DNA of 64,000 nucleotides from Escherichia coli (GTDB lineage Bacteria; Pseudomonadota; Gammaproteobacteria; Enterobacterales; Enterobacteriaceae): NCBI RefSeq assembly GCF_030384885.1, contig NZ_CP128613.1; one strand, 5' to 3'. Shown piece by piece: positions 62,136 to 64,000 of this stretch (position 1 is its first letter; each line of letters starts with the position of its first letter). The notes under the pieces were generated by a model. It saw only the letters and a program-made list of their open reading frames with translations, ran no database searches and was not told where the DNA came from. The position numbers and the translations under genes were made by a program.

Positions 62136-63452
62136 TCAAGCGTGTTGATTGTCTTTCATCAACAAAGCGGTTATTGCAGAAATGAGGCATCCAGCCAGCA
62201 AATAAATGGCGACGCTATGCCAGTTTCCAGCAAAATAAGTGATGAGTGCAGCAGCAATAAAAGGTGTAAATCCACCGCCGACCACACTGGCAACCTGATA
62301 TCCGACTCCAGCTCCACTATAGCGATAACTGGCACCAAACATTTCGGTAAACATCGGTTGTTGCACGCACACCACCATGTCATGCGCAATGTTTGCCAGC
62401 ATTATGGAGAAGAAAACTATCCAGAAAATAGATTGTGCTTCAAGCGCTATAAAGAAAGGAAATGCGCTCAACGTTCCGATTAACGCACCTGTGATATAAA
62501 CTCTGCGGCGACCAAAACGATCGGCAAGCCAGGCAAAACAGGGAATTGTCAGGCAGCTTAATCCACCTACCAGCAAACCAATATTGAGGAAAAGTTCGCG
62601 CGGTAACCCCATATTCTGGGTTGAATAATTAAGTGCGAAGGCGGTAACGATGTACATCGTCAGCAACTCGCACAGTCGTAGCGCAATAATCTTCAGAAAA
62701 GCACCGGGATGTCGTAACAGTGCTTCGATAACCGGGATGCGTTTTTGCGCTGCCGCTTGATTATGTTGCTGTTGTTCAAATTCCGCGGACTCCTCCATGC
62801 CATTACGCACCCACAATGCCCCCAGTACCAGTACGATGCTAAACAGGAAAGGAATGCGCCAGCCCCAGCTTAAAAACTGTTCGTCAGTCGTCATCATACT
62901 GATCAATGAAACCAGTCCGGTTGAAAGCAGTAAACCTACACCGTAACCAACTTGTACACCGCTACTGTAAAAGGCTTTTTTATTCTTAGGTGCGCTTTCA
63001 ACGGAAAGCAACGCTGCGCCTCCCCATTCGCCGCCGACGGCAAATCCCTGAATGGCACGCAGTGTCACCAGTAAAATGGGGGCCCACCAACCTATGGTCG
63101 AGAAGGAAGGAAGAATGCCAATCAAGGCTGTCGCGATGCCCATCATCCAGACGGTCAGCATTAACATGCGCTTACGTCCCAGTCGGTCGCCAAAGTGACC
63201 GAAAATGACACCGCCAAGTGGACGGAAAAGGAAGCCGACACCAAAGGTGGCAAATGCGGCGAGCGTTCCCATTGCCGGGCTGACTTGCGGGAAAAACTCG
63301 CGATTAAACACCAGTGCGGCGGTAATGCCATAGAGTAAAAAGTCATACCAGTCGACGACAGCTCCGGCGAAACTGCCAAACGCAGCTCGTCGGGCGCGAC
63401 TTAACGAAAGCGTCCCATCATCGGGACGAGTGGAGATGAGCGTGGTGTCCAT
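62136..63452 (-). CDS. shiA: Shikimate:H+ symporter ShiA (MFS), 438 aa
   Basis: MFS transporter with sugar-transporter-type motifs (GHFGDRLGRKRMLM); synteny with amn. Confidence 0.9.
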   Translation of the reverse strand: MDTTLISTRPDDGTLSLSRARRAAFGSFAGAVVDWYDFLLYGITAALVFNREFFPQVSPAMGTLAAFATFGVGFLFRPLGGVIFGHFGDRLGRKRMLMLTVWMMGIATALIGILPSFSTIGWWAPILLVTLRAIQGFAVGGEWGGAALLSVESAPKNKKAFYSSGVQVGYGVGLLLSTGLVSLISMMTTDEQFLSWGWRIPFLFSIVLVLGALWVRNGMEESAEFEQQQHNQAAAQKRIPVIEALLRHPGAFLKIIALRLCELLTMYIVTAFALNYSTQNMGLPRELFLNIGLLVGGLSCLTIPCFAWLADRFGRRRVYITGALIGTLSAFPFFIALEAQSIFWIVFFSIMLANIAHDMVVCVQQPMFTEMFGASYRYSGAGVGYQVASVVGGGFTPFIAAALITYFAGNWHSVAIYLLAGCLISAITALLMKDNQHA

Positions 63453-63756
63453 AATGATCCTGTTTGTACTGTCTTTTTATAATTAGTATGGAAAAGGTAA
63501 CTCACATTGCCGTCGATCTATAAACGAACCTTATGAGACTACCGCGCCAGAGCGCTTCTGCAAATGATTTTATGGCTGATTAACGGCAACATGAAAAATT
63601 CGATGGAAGATGAAATCGCAGGAGTTGCATAAGGATTGAGCAGAGCACCTACAGTTTTGAGATATGAAACATAAAAGTCCGCATATGCACAAAATTGCAC
63701 CCTGATGATTCTGATAGACTGCATTGCATTTTAACCAGTAGGGAGGCGAGGTTAGG

Positions 63757-64000
63757 TATGTTTTTAGCATCATTGTTGAGACGTATTGCATTTAGTTACT
63801 ACGATTATAAAGCTAATAATTTCAATATTGGAAAAACAGACTTTGTTGTTATCCACATTCCCGATCAAATTGGCGATGCTATGGCCATCTTTCCAGTTAT
63901 TCGGGCGCTTGAATTGCATAAAATTAAGCATCTTTTAATTGTTACTTCGACTATTAATTTAGAAGTCTTTAATGCGCTCAAACTTGAACAGACTAAATTA
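63757..64000 (+). CDS. yeeL: 5' part of a yeeL-like GT9 (heptosyltransferase-family) gene, truncated by window end
   Basis: ATG at 63757 with RBS gggagg; N-terminus …VVIHIPDQIGDAMAIFPVIRAL… resembles heptosyltransferase N-termini; divergent from shiA. Confidence 0.5.

Overview
The window reads as an Escherichia coli (or Shigella) chromosomal segment, in reverse orientation relative to the K-12 map as I recall it. It contains, in order: the 3' part of wzc and the rest of the colanic acid (cps/wca) operon through wcaM (about 1-20.7 kb, + strand); galF; a low-GC Wzx/Wzy-dependent O-antigen cluster preceded by a JUMPstart/ops element (about 22.0-30.0 kb: two GT4 glycosyltransferases, manC, manB, wzy, wzx); gnd, ugd, wzzB; the complete his operon with leader peptide and attenuator on the - strand (34.2-41.4 kb); yeeZ, yeeY, plaP, sbcB, dacD, sbmC, yeeA, yeeX; cobUST; erfK(ldtA); three tRNA-Asn genes interleaved with nac-cbl, yeeO and yeeN; amn; shiA; and the start of a yeeL-like gene. 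Almost everything is well-characterised core E. coli biology, and I do not see a convincing previously undescribed system. The points worth a second look are: (1) the O-antigen cluster, whose serogroup I cannot assign and whose manB is a divergent phosphohexomutase; (2) an in-frame TAA nonsense codon in amn; (3) three K-12 accessory modules that appear to be absent here (yefM-yoeB, yeeE-yeeD, CP4-44 prophage), with pdu/cbi-like remnants at the cobU junction; (4) inverted tRNA-Asn copies with no island attached. All gene identifications are from reading the translated ORFs and recalling known families; no database search was run. Coordinates for starts were adjusted by eye to the most plausible start codon and ribosome-binding site.
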